The notes below the pieces were generated by a model, which did not search any database, was not told the DNA's origin, and saw nothing but the letters and a program-made list of their open reading frames with translations. The position numbers and the translations under genes were made by a program. DNA of 64,000 nt from Camelus ferus (Eukaryota), in NCBI RefSeq assembly GCF_009834535.1, contig NC_045697.1, positions 15,688,001 to 15,752,000 of the forward strand. Direction: 5' to 3'. Positions 1 to 13,358 of the stretch are shown here, in pieces; within the stretch, counting starts at the first letter, position 1; each line of letters starts with the position of its first letter.

Positions 1-400
1 GGCAGCAGTGAGCACCACAGTCAGGTCCCTCCATCAGCGGGGATTGGGGCCACCTGCGAAGAGGCTGCTGTCCTCTGGGCACCTGGGCTCAGCTGAGGAC
101 TCTCAAGTTGCCCCATGCCAAGTGTCCAGCTGACCTCTGTAGAGAGCTGACCATCAGCCACAAGAGCGCTTAGAAGCACAACAGGGGCTCACTTTCCACA
201 TTCCTGGCCCACACTTCAGCTCTGCTAGACACCCAGGGTGGGCCCGTGTGTCAGGACTCACTCACAACATCGCCCACTGAAGGCCTGAGTGGGCTCTGGT
301 CATTTCTCAGAGAGCCTCAGGTCAGACTCTGAACAGAAACTGCTTCCAGCTTCCCTTCTCCTGGGAGTCCTTCCTGAACAGGGGAAACATTGCCCCTTCC
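1..400 (+). mobile_element. Old ERVL-type LTR (LTR16-like), partial
   Basis: Degenerate motifs (ctttctcagagagc-like, gtcagactctg, cttcccttctc) resembling the LTR16-like copy at 17.3 kb. Assignment from recalled consensus. Confidence 0.4.
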
Positions 401-1465
401 ACGTGTGAGCTTGTGGAGCCAATCCTCTTAATTATCCATCATTATTCTCATAATTATTCGGCTTAGGGATACACCAAGTTGGTAAAACAACAGAGAAACG
501 CAGAGCAGCGCAATACAAGCCCGAGGTAGCAGGTACCTCACAGGGTCCTTTCGTAGCTCACTTACTTTAGCTGAGAATTACAAGGCCCTCCTGAAAGTAG
601 ATCCTGGACCAGTGGGGCGCCTGTTACCACAACATGAGGGGACACGTCTCTGGGGTCTTTTATAACTGCTGCCCCATCACGGGCATTCTAGTCCGTGAGA
701 AGCAACCTGAATTACTGAAGAGAAAAATCCTCAGTTCACTTTCTCAAGCATCCAACTTGCCTACTTGTGCTTAAGAAAAGGACCCAGAGGAAGCCTTACT
801 GCCGTGAGCACAGGTCCACACGCGTTTCCTCCCATCGAGTTGGGGAGGCGGGTTCAATTCTACTGACCACCGGCTAATGAAAACGAGCTGCTTGCTGTTC
901 GGCCTGCTCTGCCACATGCTATTTTTTCTCACAGCTCAGTTTGTCAAAATAGACAAGCTGCAACGTTGGGGTTGGTTTCTGGACAGTTTCCTGGCAATTT
1001 CACAAGAACATCCTGATGAAACTGGCCCTCTGCTCATCACAGTGCCCGTCAGTCACTGCCTGGAAACCCAGCCCTCCTGATGTCCCACTGACACGGGCTT
1101 CCCACACCATCCACGCCGCTTCACACAGGCCGACAGAGGCTGATCAGAAATTCTCGTCTCTGGAGGTGCAGCCACTGAATCCTGTGCACGTAAACGTCAC
1201 ACCTGCCAGCAAATCCTGTTCTGCCTTCTTCATGTCTCGCTCTCGTCCTAATATGTCAGGCATTCTTCCATTAACTAGTGGTGGAATTCCACTCCCCACT
1301 CCCCAAATAGTCAGGTTCTTCTACATAAAACTGAACCCCCTGGTACCTTGCAATTCTTTAAACAAAGGAAATGATCATTAAACACGGTATAAAGTCTATG
1401 CTCCGATTATCATGACTAAATAGGTATTTCATTGATCAGAACTCAGATTTTATATTCCACACAGA

Positions 1466-1762
1466 AGATGTGTGTGGGGCCTTTGGGAAGTGATCAGGTC
1501 ATGAGAGCAGAGACTTAATGGATGAGGTTAATGCCCCTGTAAAAGAGACCCCAGAGAGCCCCGCCTCCCCACCCCTTCCACCATGTAAATGAGGTTGCAG
1601 CAAAAACACTGCCAACTAGGTGGGCCCTCACCAGACACCAAATCTGCCAGAGCCTTGACTTAGCACTTCCCAGCCTCCAGAACTGTGAGAAATAAATGTC
1701 CCTTGTTTATAAGCCACTCAGCTTATAGTATCTTGTTATAGCAGCCAGAATGGGCTTGACAG
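1466..1762 (+). mobile_element. MaLR LTR (MLT1A-like)
   Basis: Characteristic gggcctttgggaagtgatcaggtcatgag ... cttcccagcctccagaactgtgagaaataaatgt ... gttatagcagcc. Confidence 0.85.
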
Positions 1763-2769
1763 ATGATAAATGCATGAAAAAGTCAACCGTGGCTGAGAGG
1801 CAGAATTACGTTACCTGACCTTTACTATAAAAATCTTTTTAGTAAATTATAGTTAACAAAATCATTAGGATATTCATAGCCAGACAGTGTAGAGACTGCT
1901 GCATCTCATTCATAACCACTTACATTTCTCAGTAAAGATAGAGGGTCATGATGTCTGCAACTGACCTTCAAATGATGTAGCAAACATGTGTATGTGTAAG
2001 CTTATTCCAATATAAAGAAGAAATAATGGCAAATTGCTACAAATTATTAGGTAAGTAAATTGTTTTTTCCATTTTTCTGTATGCTGAAATTTTTAATAAA
2101 AATTATTTTTGTTCCCAACTTTTTTAAGTCCCAGGAATTACAACTAATCACCAGGCCCAATTTATTAGTTCCCATCTCCTCTCCCCAAGTGACCCCAATC
2201 CTATCCCTCAAAGAGATAAGATGATTTAAGGAGAAAATTCAATGTGTCTTTGATCGATACTACATAAGCAAAAAAAGTTTTGCAAAAAGAAATATATAAT
2301 GTCAGTTCCATTTTTTAAAAACATATGTTTCCCTTTTCAGATTTTAAACAGAATCTACAAGAAGTGATTTAGCTAAAACAGTACATAAATTTGTGGTCAA
2401 TGATGTACTGCATGTGTTTCTACAAAATACCTCTCATGAATAACCGAGGACTGTAATATGATTTAAAGATACACTTTTCCTTCAGTAATAAAAAATCCTT
2501 GACATATTATATAATATTTAATAATAGCCATATTAATCAGGCATTGCCAAAAGATATTTATAGTCAGATTCTCTCATTTAATATCCCCTCCGCCTTCCCT
2601 TCACCAACCCAAAGCTTCCCTAGTGAGCATGAGTCTAATGTCAGGATATATAGCTAAATCTGAATATGCTGCCTCATTAAAATACAAATGAACTGCTTAA
2701 ACAAAATTAAAGGACTATCTTAACAGTTGATGAAAAGGGCTAAGTTCTTCAGGAAAGAATGCAAAGTCT

Positions 2770-3110
2770 ATCAGCTAAGATGCTCTTCAACTGCAAGTAT
2801 CAGAAATCTTTACTTCAAAGGGCTTTAACAATAAAGAAAGTAGTCTCAGGCATTAGACAAAATTGAGACGCTTAAGTGGGTGGTTCCATCCATCTCTCAG
2901 ATCCACCCTCTCAGATCCACCTTTCTCAGAATGCCAAATCTGCCTTCAGGCTGACCCTTAATCACGCTATGACATCCCAGGTTCAAAAATCACCTCAAAG
3001 CACAACGTCATGAAAAAGAACGGACACTCTCTTCGTATCTCCTGAGGAGCTAAGAAATCTTTCTCTGAGCCTCACAGCTAACTACTGCCCAGTCTCTTCT
3101 TGGCAATAAC
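2770..3110 (-). mobile_element. Old MaLR LTR fragment (MLT1J/K-like)
   Basis: tatcagctaagatgctcttcaactgcaagtatcagaaa is the reverse-oriented MLT1J/K terminus. Highly diverged. Confidence 0.45.
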
Positions 3111-3829
3111 CCTGTCAATAGCTAAAGAGATACTGGGGTGACCGAGACCCACCATTTGGAGAGGAAAGAAGATTGAGAAATCAAACACATTAACCACGAT
3201 GCAATTCTAGTGTCAGGAATTAGAGCATGTAATAGGGGAGGTGCATCACTAAATACTGACAAATACATAACACAAGCCAAGAACGACAATAAAAAATGAA
3301 GAGGGAGGAAGGATAAATGGGTGGATGGATTCATGAACAAGGCCGAGGACTGGAAACCCCATGTCTGGCTTCCTGAACAATGCCTAAGAGACAGCAACTT
3401 TTAAAGGCTATTTGTTAGATAAAGGATCCTCCCCTTATTTATCCAAGCAGTAACATGTGATGCTCAGCCCAAACCCACCTCTTCTCCTTCTCACACTACA
3501 CTTGCTCTGAGGCAGCCTTATCACCACCCAGTCTCTAGGCTCAAAATTGTATCTCTAGCCCAAACTGACCACTCCTTTGAGCTCCCTATTGCACACACAG
3601 CTGTCTAACTCAACATCTACATCTGGACGTCTCACAGCCACCTCAAAAATCAACACAGTCCAAGTTCAATACAGTATCAGAAACTCTCATCTGTGCTTCA
3701 TCAACAGCCCCCCGCCTCCACCCCCAGCCAGTGATACTGACGCACATCAAGTTGGATAACTGCCCATCCAGGCAAGGACACTCTGGTTTCCTAGACAGAA
3801 GTTACGGATTTTAATCTTAGATGTGGCAC

Positions 3830-4232
3830 ATACATATGCAATGGAATACTACTCTGTCAGAAAAAATGAAATTTTGCCATTTGCAGCAACATGGATGGAT
3901 TTGGAAGGTATTATGCTAGTGAAATAAGTCAGACAGAGAAAGACAAATACTGTATGATGTCACTTATATGTAGAATGTGAAAAATACAACAAATTAGTCA
4001 ATATAACAACAACAACAAAAACAGACTCATGGGTAAAGAGAACAAACCAATGGTTGCCACTGGGGAGAGGGGAGGCGGAGGGGCAAGATGGGGTGTGGGA
4101 GTAGGAGGTACAAACTGCTGGGTATAAGACAGGCTCACAGATGCATGTACAACACAGGGAACAGAGCCAATATCTTGGAATAACTGTCAGTGGAGGGTGA
4201 CCTTTAAAAGTTATATAAAAATAAACAGACAA
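3830..4232 (+). mobile_element. LINE-1 3' end fragment
   Basis: atggaatactactc...gccatttgcagcaacatggatgga...gtgaaataagtcagacagagaaagacaaatactgtatgat is the L1 ORF2 end/3'UTR, followed by an A-rich end. Confidence 0.9.
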
Positions 4233-4572
4233 ACCATCTTAGATTTAACAAAACTCCCTACTTCTCCTTGTCCCAGCACCTCATAACAGTAGCCAGAGTG
4301 CCTTCTGCTCACAGGTCCTTACGATGACCTGCTGCCTGCCTGCCTCATTCCGGCCTCCTTGCTGTTTCTCAAACACAAGGAGCATGAGTCACAGCACAGG
4401 CTTTGCGCCTGCTACCCCCTCTGCCTGTAATGTTCTCCCCCTAGATAACTCGCTCAAGGCTCAACCATCTGCTCTAAGTCTTTGCAGGATCACCATACAA
4501 AGCTCACATACACACGCAGTGTGGACACCCCCAAACCCCACTCCCTGCTAGACATTTTCTTTATCCAGAGTA

Positions 4573-4740
4573 CGGTCATCCCTCAGTCGCACAGGAGGAT
4601 GGTTCCAGGACTCCCAACAAATACCAAAATCCAGATGCTCAAGTTATTTACTTGAAATGTCCCAGTACCCTGGGTCCTCTATACCCACTGTACAGAGGGT
4701 GGAACCGGCAGAGGGGTGGAGTGAAGGGGCTGTACGGCTG
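4573..4740. mobile_element. Tigger-derived MITE (MER2-like, internally deleted), inserted in an L2 fragment
   Basis: TA-flanked; ggttccaggactccc...ataccaaaatcc...gatgctcaagt resembles the fuller copy at 40987-41341. Confidence 0.6.
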
Positions 4741-5312
4741 TACTTGTGCTATAAACTTGCCTGCTATGTTTATTGTGTTTCTCCCCATTACAACATAAGC
4801 TCCATGAAGACAGGACCTTTGTTGTGTTCATTAATAAATCCCAAGCCTAGGACAGCATGGGCAATTAATAATTACCTGCTGAACAAATTTAAATTAGCTA
4901 CTCAGCAAAGCCTTAATAACAGTTGAGGCAATATTTGTTGCCTTGATATTAGGCCAATTATCTTTCTAATGGTTTTAATTAATGTGACACAATAAATCTA
5001 CATCAGTTACCTGCCCCATGCACTTCTAAAAGAACACAAAACTAATCTTTTAAAAAGGTGGACCATAACTAGGAAACTGGTTTCCAAAATGTCATAAAGA
5101 TTTAGGTATTATATCCTAAAAATAAAAATTCCAAATCCTAAATTAAAGAAAAATTAAATCTAAATATTCCAATTTAAAAAAAAGCACACACACTCTGCTA
5201 CTTTCTTATAAGGGACAAAAGCAAATACAAATGATGGAAAACAAGGCAGCTCCCCAATGAGAACCAAACATTTAGGAGAACAAATTGGTAAGCCTAAGGA
5301 AAAAGGATCCTT

Positions 5313-5419
5313 GGAGGGGTGGAGGGTATAGCTCAGTGGGAGAACACGTGCTTGGCGTACACAAGGTCTTGGGTTCAATCCCCAGTGCCTCCGTCAAGGG
5401 GGGAAAAGAAAGAAAGAAC
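5313..5419 (+). mobile_element. tRNA-derived SINE (Vic-1-like)
   Basis: gggtatagctcagtgg (A box) ... gggttcaatcccc (B box), purine-rich tail, flanked by direct repeat aaggatcc. Confidence 0.85.
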
Positions 5420-5852
5420 AAGGATCCATTCTAGATGGAGTCTGTAGGAGTGTGTGCACCCAGATCTGTTTTATTTTGTCAAACAATAGATTCAGAAAAA
5501 GAGAGAAAGAGAAAAATTAATCCTGTTAAGAAGTTTATTTTTCAACTCAGAAGAACTGGAGGCAGCCTGGCCTACAGATTTCCTCAATCTCTGGGGCATG
5601 TTTGCTGGCCAGCTCAAGCCAGCCCTTACCATTCTGCCTGGTCCCCATTTTCCACTATTAAGCCTACCCCGTATTCTGCATGGCCTGGCTACAGTTATTT
5701 TAAGTCCAGGGCTCTAAAGTTTGAATAATTCCTTGATCTACCACTCACTTTTTACACCCATTCCGCTGTATTTTGAAGTTGTTTGCTTTGTTCATTTCCG
5801 CTTTCAGGAATCTCTGACTAGCCAAAGCTGGGCTGCAAACATCTAGCTGGTC

Positions 5853-6180
5853 GTGTCTCTTAGGTGGAATTCTTCCAGACAGGGTGCCAATGCAAGTGGC
5901 TTTATTTGGGAGGGGACCTCGGGACGCATCAGTGGGAAAGTGGGGAAGGGCGACCAGACAGATAAGGGGACTGACTAAGGGGGATCTGTTGAGGCGATCT
6001 CCACGGTGGTCAGCTGGGACTCAGCCCCCGGGGACCTGTGGAAGGCAGCCTAAAACTCGCTCCGGGGCGCCCCTCCTGAGAGGTGAGGGAGTCGGGGTGG
6101 GGACCCGCCATCTGCTCTCAGTCACCGTCTGAGGGCTGCCGAGGCCAGGCTGGGGGAGCGGGGTGGCCTTCATTCCAGTG
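5853..6180 (-). mobile_element. ERVL LTR (LTR33-like)
   Basis: tgtctcttaggtggaattc...gcaagtggctttatttgggagg...gtggggaagg matches the reverse LTR33 pattern from memory. Confidence 0.6.
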
Positions 6181-6966
6181 CTGGAGCAGAGAAAGCTCTC
6201 ATGTTTCACATTTGGGAGATTTAAGGAAAGACACACAGGAAAGGCGAGTGTGGAAGGAATACCGTCTGCTACGCTGTTTTCAAGTAATTTTGAAAAATTT
6301 GAAAATGATGTCATTTAAAACAACATTAAGTCATTTATTTGGCTAGCTATGTCTTGAGCTGGGTTCCCCACAAGCAGCCCAGGTCACTTCTCAGGCACCC
6401 ACTGGCCACCAGCAGGCTCCTGGAGAAAGAGCCCTGTCCCCGCTGACAAACCCAGGGGCTGTTCTGCTGCTCCCCTGGGAAACTGCACCAGACGGTCCTC
6501 ACCCTTACGCCTCAACGGCTACATGGCCAGTTCTTCTCCTTCTGTATCATGCTGGGTCTTGAAAAATTTGATTTTGGTTCCCTAGGAAAGAGGCCTCAGA
6601 TGCTCCTTGTCCTTGGATCAAGAACCTTATATGGGCTCTAAATGGTCTTCTCCCTGTTTCCCCCTCATCCCGTGCAGGGATGGGAAGGCGGGCAAAGACG
6701 GAGCCCGTTGCTGGGGACCCACCATCTTGTAAGCTCTTCCTACGCTGCCTCTGACTCTGCAGTGAGCCCACAGAATGTGCATCTAGGTGGGCAGGAATCC
6801 TCTTTTCTTTTTTTTTTTCAAACCTCCTTTCTACACTTGGACTAGGACTTTAGGAACTCACTCGTCAAAAAAAAACCTGAGTGCTTTTCTTCTGTTTTTC
6901 CATCCCTTCTCCTGAGGCAGAGTAATTAGAGAACAGGCGGGGAAAACACACATTGGTTCATCAAAA

Positions 6967-7384
6967 TGCTACAGCAGGCACAGGAATCGTGTCCCTCCCC
7001 AAATTCCCACGTTGAAGTCCTCGCCTCCAACACCCCAAAACGTGACTGTATTTGGAGCCAGAGGCTTTCAAGAGGTAATTAAGTTAAAATGAAGTCATAT
7101 GGGTGGGCCTTAATCCAGTAGGACCAGTGTCCTTATAAGAAGAGGAGATTAGGACACAGACACACAGATTCAGTGAAGACACCAGGGGAAGACAAATGGC
7201 AATCCTATAAGCCAAGGAGAGAAGCCTGAAACAGATCCTTCTCTCACATTCCTCGGAAGACACCAGCCCTGCCAGAGCCCTGACCCTGAACTTCTAGCCT
7301 CCAGAAGGGCGAGGAAACGAACGTTTGTTATGTAAGCCAGCCAGTCTGTGGTCCTCTTTATGGCAGCCCTAGCAGACCAGCACA
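6967..7384 (+). mobile_element. MaLR LTR (MLT1B-like)
   Basis: gtgactgtatttggag...gggtgggccttaatccagtagga...gtgtccttataagaagaggagattaggacacagaca...cttctagcctccagaa...tatggcagccctagca. Confidence 0.88.
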
Positions 7385-9421
7385 ACCCCTGGACTCACAC
7401 AGACTGTGCCTGAGACAGACAGCGTCCCACATGGTCCTCAACTCCCTGCAGTCCTGGAAGAGAAGCCACCTGGGTACAGCATGGATGGTATGAGATCCAG
7501 AAGCCAATGAGAGCCCACGAGGAGACCTTTTCGTGACGAAGATCACAGAAGAGTACAATCCAGAGTCGACACAAGGAAGAGAGATCCTCCGGGTTCAGTC
7601 ACAGGACGAGGACAGCAGTGCCCGGAGGCAGAGCAGGTCAGATAGCGTGGTAACCAGGGAGGGAGGGAAGATGAGACGCACGATGAAAACAGAAGCAGGA
7701 GCTGAGAGACTATTCAAGGAGCCGGCATGGGAAGCACTAAACCTACAGAAGCTTTAAAATGAGCCAACCAAATCAGAGTGCGGCAGCATGGTAGAACTAC
7801 AAACGCGAGAAAGCAGTGCTAGGCCCGAGGGGAAGGAAAGCCCCGGCCCCCTCCACCCCTTCCTCTCCAACACCCCACTTCCATGCCCAGGAGGGAGAAT
7901 GGGGCAGTGCCAGCGAAGGGCTAGAGGCCGTTAACCAGCCCTTGGCAGTGAGCTCCCAGCAAAAGGGTCAAGCAACTGGTTATGTGATCTCTTGGGTCCA
8001 CCTGTGCTCTGAGAATGAAGTGAAGCAAAGGCCAGGGACGTTTCCACACGAGGCCGCTGGGACCTTTCCAGCCTCTGGTCCCAGCAGGAACCCGGGGGAG
8101 TAAGGCTCATGCCCCCAGAGGAGGGCGCTACCGAGAAGGTGCGTCCTCTGTGACGCCTGCCCCCTCTCCTTCCTTCTCGGGGCCAAGTCCTCCAAGACTG
8201 CAGTAAGAGCCTCGCCGTTTCATCCCTTTTCCTTCTTTGTGACACGTGCTGTTCTCCTGCGAAGACAGTGTGGGAGGCAGCTCCCTCCGGGCGTGCACGG
8301 CCTCCCTCACGCTGCAGGAGTCAGGCCGAGATTCAGGTCTGGGCTTTGAAGTGGACTTAGAAACTGCTGAGCTTAGGGCCTGCTTAGGTGAAGATGTTCC
8401 CCAACAGAGGAGGCCCAGTCCCAAGGTCATCAGTGGGGTTTTAGGCTGAAGCCCCTATCAATACAGTCGTCTTTCAAAGTCCCCTGTGTGTGTGGATATA
8501 TTATGTACTTGCACATATACACACTCTGTACCTGTATGTGTGTGTCTCTCTCTAGTCCTACAAAAGAGAGGTGGTGTTCTGGGATTCAGGTCTAAACAGG
8601 CCCCTGGCTTAAGAACAACGCAGCATCTTAGTGTCATCTAACATGTTTGTGGCAACCTCATATGTTACTAACACGTACAGGGATTTATTTTCAACAAACG
8701 GCTGAAAATCAGGTCAAAGACAAAGGAAATCAAAAAGAAAACGTAAAAGGACACTAACTCCCACCACGGCACAGAACGTTAGCCATGCTGTCCACACTTT
8801 TGATGAATGTGAACCACCATGGCAATCCTAGTGCCCAAGCAGCTCGTGTTTCTAAACACAGCAGATGCCATTCAACCCCTTGGAGTGCTTGTCATCCTTC
8901 CTTTGGAAAGTGAACCCCCTAGTGATCCTGCAATTATTCTGAGCACCTCCTCTAGGCCTGACAATGTACTCCATCCTAAGGATACCCGTCAGGCAGGATG
9001 ACTTTTCCTACAAGGAACAGAACCCCGAATGGGAACGGGCTGCCTCAGTCAACTACAAAAGTCCAGAGGGGGTCGTGCCTCATCCAGGTCCTCCCAGGGG
9101 CCTACCCCACTCTCCTTCCTCAGTGTGTCAGCTCCCGTCCAAGCCAGAGGCAGGGTGGCTTCTGTATCAGAAGTGCAACTATCTTTTCTGATGACGGGAG
9201 AGGCAATTCCTCTCCCCAAAGCCCCAAGCAAGTCTCGACTCAGTTAAATGGAGTCAAATGCCCATGCCTGAACCAGTGACCATGGAATGTGTGGACAGTC
9301 CTATCAAGGTAAGGTCTGGCAATGAGGTGTAGCCAGCAACCTAGACAGTGCAGAACACAACAGGAATACTTGAATGAAAACAGGAAAATAAATCTGAGAG
9401 TTAAGCACTGCTGTGCCAAGA

Positions 9422-9427
<6 letters not shown>

Positions 9428-9464
<37 letters not shown>
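9428..9464. repeat. (TG)n microsatellite, about 18 units
   Basis: Uninterrupted tgtgtg run. Confidence 0.95.
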
Positions 9465-9467
<3 letters not shown>

Positions 9468-10174
9468 CATATATATGTGCATATATATGTGTGGGTATAC
9501 ATATAAATATGAAAATGTGAATGTACTGCTGTATGTGCAAATGCATATATATAATCTTACTTAAAGACATTTGATCCCAACGAAAAGAACGGAGACATGT
9601 ACAAAAGGATGAAGAACTCCACATGCTATATGCTTAAATAACACCTCTGTGATCAAAGCAATCAAGTCCTGTGGGAGTTGAACTGTGGGAGAAGATGCTA
9701 AGTGAAATGGTCAAGGAAAGGCCACAGAAGAGTAGAGAAAGCAAAGCAGAGCAAAGGGAAATAAGGAAATGAGGAAATTCTGTCATTCAACAGAAACGAA
9801 GATATGCGCTGTGTGGGCTGGCTCCCTGATGTATCTGAAATGTTATCCTCAATGCCTGAGTAATATGGGAAGTGGAAACAGGATCTTAGAACAGCATTCA
9901 GAATATAGCCAAATTAAATATCCAGCGTGTAAAATTCACCAAGGCAAAAAGTAAGTGCTACTTGTCACCCATCTGATCAGAAGCAGAACCAGACCTCACT
10001 GCTAAGCAAAACAAAACTATCACATTCAAAGACGGCTGAATAAAATACCAAAGTTTATCTAGAAGTTTCCCCCGGACATGTTTTTTAAATTCTACTTGAC
10101 TATCTTATAAGGCATACACATTTCACAACAGAATTTCAAAACAGCATTGAGGTTTTAAAAGCCACTCGTCACCA

Positions 10175-10354
10175 AAGTATGGAGCATGGCCTGTTTTGTA
10201 AATGAAGTCACATCCACACTGACTCTTTTACATATTGTCTACGGCTGCTTTCTCAAGACAACATAATTGAGTCACTATGACAAAGACCATATGGCCCACA
10301 AAGCCTAAATTATTTCATATCTAGTCCTTTACATAAAAGTCTGCTGATCTCTGC
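10175..10354. mobile_element. hAT-Charlie MITE (MER58A-like)
   Basis: catattgtctacggctgcttt...gaccatatggcccacaaagcctaaa...tcctttacataaaagtctgctgatctctg. Confidence 0.75.
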
Positions 10355-10517
10355 TTTAAAAAATTATTTTTTTAAATTCAACTCTTGAGATGTTTCACAA
10401 TAAAACATTGGGAAAAATCAATTTTTATTTTGAAAAGTTGGGAGTTTATTAAAAGACTTACAATGAAAATTCATTAAATAAAATAACAGTAAGAGATGAT
10501 AACAAAAGAATACTCAC

Positions 10518-10589
10518 AATCTTTCAAGGAGACTTAACCCAGAAAATGAGCCATTCTTCAGCTCGGATATTTTATTGTTACTCAGAATC
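10518..10589 (-). CDS. ADGRA3: ADGRA3 coding exon 2 (one leucine-rich repeat)
   Basis: 72-nt exon with a poly-T tract + TAG acceptor (plus-strand ct 10590-10591) and TT|GTGAGT donor (actcac 10512-10517). It reads (L)ILSNNKISELKNGSFSGLSLLER(L), in phase with exon 1 (CT+G = Leu). 72 nt is typical of an LRR exon. Confidence 0.97.
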
Positions 10590-11119
10590 CTAAAAAAGAC
10601 AAAAAAAAAAAAAAAAAGTAAGTTACCTAATATATGTACACCGTTGATATCAAAGTAATTTAGCTTGTTATGTTTATTCCTATGAGGTATTCTAAGATGT
10701 CATTTATTACCCTAAGAATTTTTGAGATGCCCGACGAAAAAGGGAGCTTCTTTCTCTGAGAAACAACCCGAAACAGCTAACTCACACATCTTGTCACATC
10801 TTAAATCGTTCCTGTCACACTGAACCAAAATTTTTGAAATTAAAAGGGAGAGAAGTCAACACAAAATAGCTCTAAGTTCTGTGTCAGAATAAGAAAATGC
10901 CATGTACATTTATGTAATTAATCAACTTACATAAGTTGAATATTTAAAAACTAGAAACTTAACAGAAAAAGTGCAAAACAAGTACCTTACAAAAAACTGA
11001 CTTTTAAAGAAATACAGTATCTTCTAGATACCATTTCAATAATGCTGAATACTATTTGTAATTTACACAAATCTCTATGTGTGAAAATATGCTTTTTGCA
11101 CACACAGACACAGTATTAC

Positions 11120-11639
11120 TGAGGTGGGAAGCCCCATAAAGACCAGCAGGACCCCGATGCAGGACCACTACTTTCCCACCGGCACCATCTGGTTCCCTGG
11201 CCTGGCAGCATTATCTCGCTTTTGTGCTTCTGTAAAACGGCTTGCTTCTAGGAAACTGGAACTTACCCCTAAGATTCTATTAGTTCTCAAAGCTCACTTC
11301 TGATTGGTCCATTTGTAACACCTACTCTGCATATGGCATGAACCTAGCTCACTCCTGATTGGTCCATTTGTAACACCTCATTTGCATAAAGCTTACTCCT
11401 GATTGGTCCATTTCTAACACCTACTCTGCATATGATGTTGCAAAATGTTGCAAAGACTTGACTGGTAGCCTATAAAAGCTTGTGTAAACCTACAAACCGG
11501 GTCCAGAGCTTGGAGTGTTAACTCCTCTGGGCCTGTTGGTGTAATAAACCTGAGTTCTCCAACCCTCCAAGTGTTGCCTGGTCTCTCGCCTGGATCCAGG
11601 TTGCTGTAACACTGTGCTGTAACACACTTTGCTGTAACA
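11120..11639 (+). mobile_element. Solo ERV1 (gamma-like) LTR, young-looking
   Basis: TG...CA termini, perfect 4-bp TSD TTAC (11116-11119 / 11640-11643), three ctgattggtccattt repeats, TATAAAA 11471-11477, AATAAA 11543-11548. Confidence 0.92.
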
Positions 11640-13255
11640 TTACAATATTGTATCTCATGTTATCAGGATGACATTCTTAAAAAAAAATGAACTGGAAACA
11701 AACAAAAATGATTTTTAGAAAGTCCTAGTCAAGTTACCCACATTAAGACTTGCCTAAGAGACCATGGATACTAGATCTTGCTTTCTCTCTAGGCTTTGTA
11801 ACTATGCTCCTTTTGCAGCTTGAATGCCAATAAAAAAATTTCCACACAGAAGGCAAAAATGCTACAGTTCCCTAATTTGGGGGAATGAGGAGATCAAGAC
11901 AAGGTAAATGAAAAAACCAAGGCATAGAAGAGTTAAATGAATGGCCCTAGATTACACTAGCAAATAGCAGAGCCAGATGTGAACGCAGGCCCTCTCCACT
12001 CCAACCCCCTATTTCTCAACACACACCAGCACTAGTCAAGAGACACACTTACTGGCAATTTAGATAGAATATTCTCCATCACACAGGGTATTGCACAAGT
12101 TCAGGGGCCCTCTTCACACTGGGTACAAGGCTGAGTGCTGCTCCCCTGCCCCCACTGGGAGGGTGCAACACTGTATATACAAATGTTACCAGAGGATACC
12201 CCTGCGTCATAAGATTTCAGGTATTCATTATCATTCTGTCCACTCACATCTCTCTTTTTTAAAAAGTCCATTATGTGTATGAAAACAATCAAGAAGTAGA
12301 CATTGATTGATTTTCTTTGGCTATAAGTGGATTTTTTTTTTTAATCCCGCTAATATAGATTAACATTTCACAGCATTTTTGCCGGATGAATAGGACCTTC
12401 TAAAGTCAAGCATCCTTGTGCTTGGAGCCCAGCTCTCATTACTTTTAAGTTACACTGATATTGGGCAAGTCCCCCCACCTCTCTATGACAGAGCTCCTCA
12501 TTCATAAAACGGGAACAAGAGCATACAACATCAGCAGGAGAGCACAAATGCCTAACGCGCTCAGTGAGTATTAAGCTCTGAAGTTCTATTCTAGGATACA
12601 CATCTTCCCTCATTTTAATGTTTCTAAAGGCAACGTGTATCTTGCAATCAAAGTATATTACTCTGCAGTATTTTGTCTCTCCTCCAAGCTGTTGCTAAGG
12701 CAAGGATGAGTCTTCAACTATCGGGACCAAGAAAACATGGTGATCAAGAACATTCCAATTAAAATATCATTTTCTCTAGTCAAAATTGCAAAAGGTTTTT
12801 TTTAAAAGTGAGGCAGTAGACAGAGGCAAAAGCAAACCTCGACTTGGACATGGCCGCAAAGGTCACTAGAACCGTATTTCCCAAGCAGCCTAGCAGTCTG
12901 CAATCCAGAGCCACCAGCCTTGCTTTCCTAAGTTAACAAGTTACCAAATCTGACAAGAAATATATTCAATGACCTTATTTAAGCATGATTTATAACAGAC
13001 AAAAATTGGAAGCTACTATAGAGGTCAGTTTTTGTAAGGTACGCCGAACAACAAAATTTTATACATCTATTAAAAAAGGATGCTTTGAAAGAAAATGTGA
13101 TAAAGGAAAATGCTTACAATCAGTTAAAAAGCCAACAGTAAAACTGATACCATTGACTGAAAAGAATCTATGCAGAGACAAAAAAAAAAAAAGACTTAGA
13201 AGAAATACATCATAATGATCACTATCTTAGTAATGAGGTTTCTATGTCTCTATTC

Positions 13256-13358
13256 TTTTTTTTTCTTTAATTTTTTTCCTTAACGGAAGCACTGGTGATT
13301 GAACCCAGGACCTCATGCATACCAAGTATGTGCTCTACCACTGAGCTATACCCATCAC
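13256..13358 (-). mobile_element. tRNA-derived SINE (Vic-1-like)
   Basis: Reverse A/B boxes (gattgaacccagg ... ctctaccactgagctataccc) with a T-rich tail. Confidence 0.85.

Noticed and set aside
5313..5395. tRNA-like sequences (also at 13.3, 15.2, 49.2, 50.3 and 51.7 kb) as genuine tRNA genes
   Set aside because: They are mutually diverged and have A-rich tails and TSDs, so they are SINEs.
9240..9624. ORFs with HTHTHT / CVCVCV repeats
   Set aside because: Translation artefacts of the (TG)n microsatellite.
1..10517. Search for ADGRA3 exon 3 (expected DLRNNLISSIDPGAF-like LRR exon)
   Set aside because: No such minus-strand coding sequence found by eye. Intron 2 appears to extend beyond the window start.
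11291..11434. Spaced direct repeats superficially like a CRISPR array
   Set aside because: Mammalian DNA. Three imperfect units with related, non-unique intervening sequence inside an LTR U3, and no cas genes.
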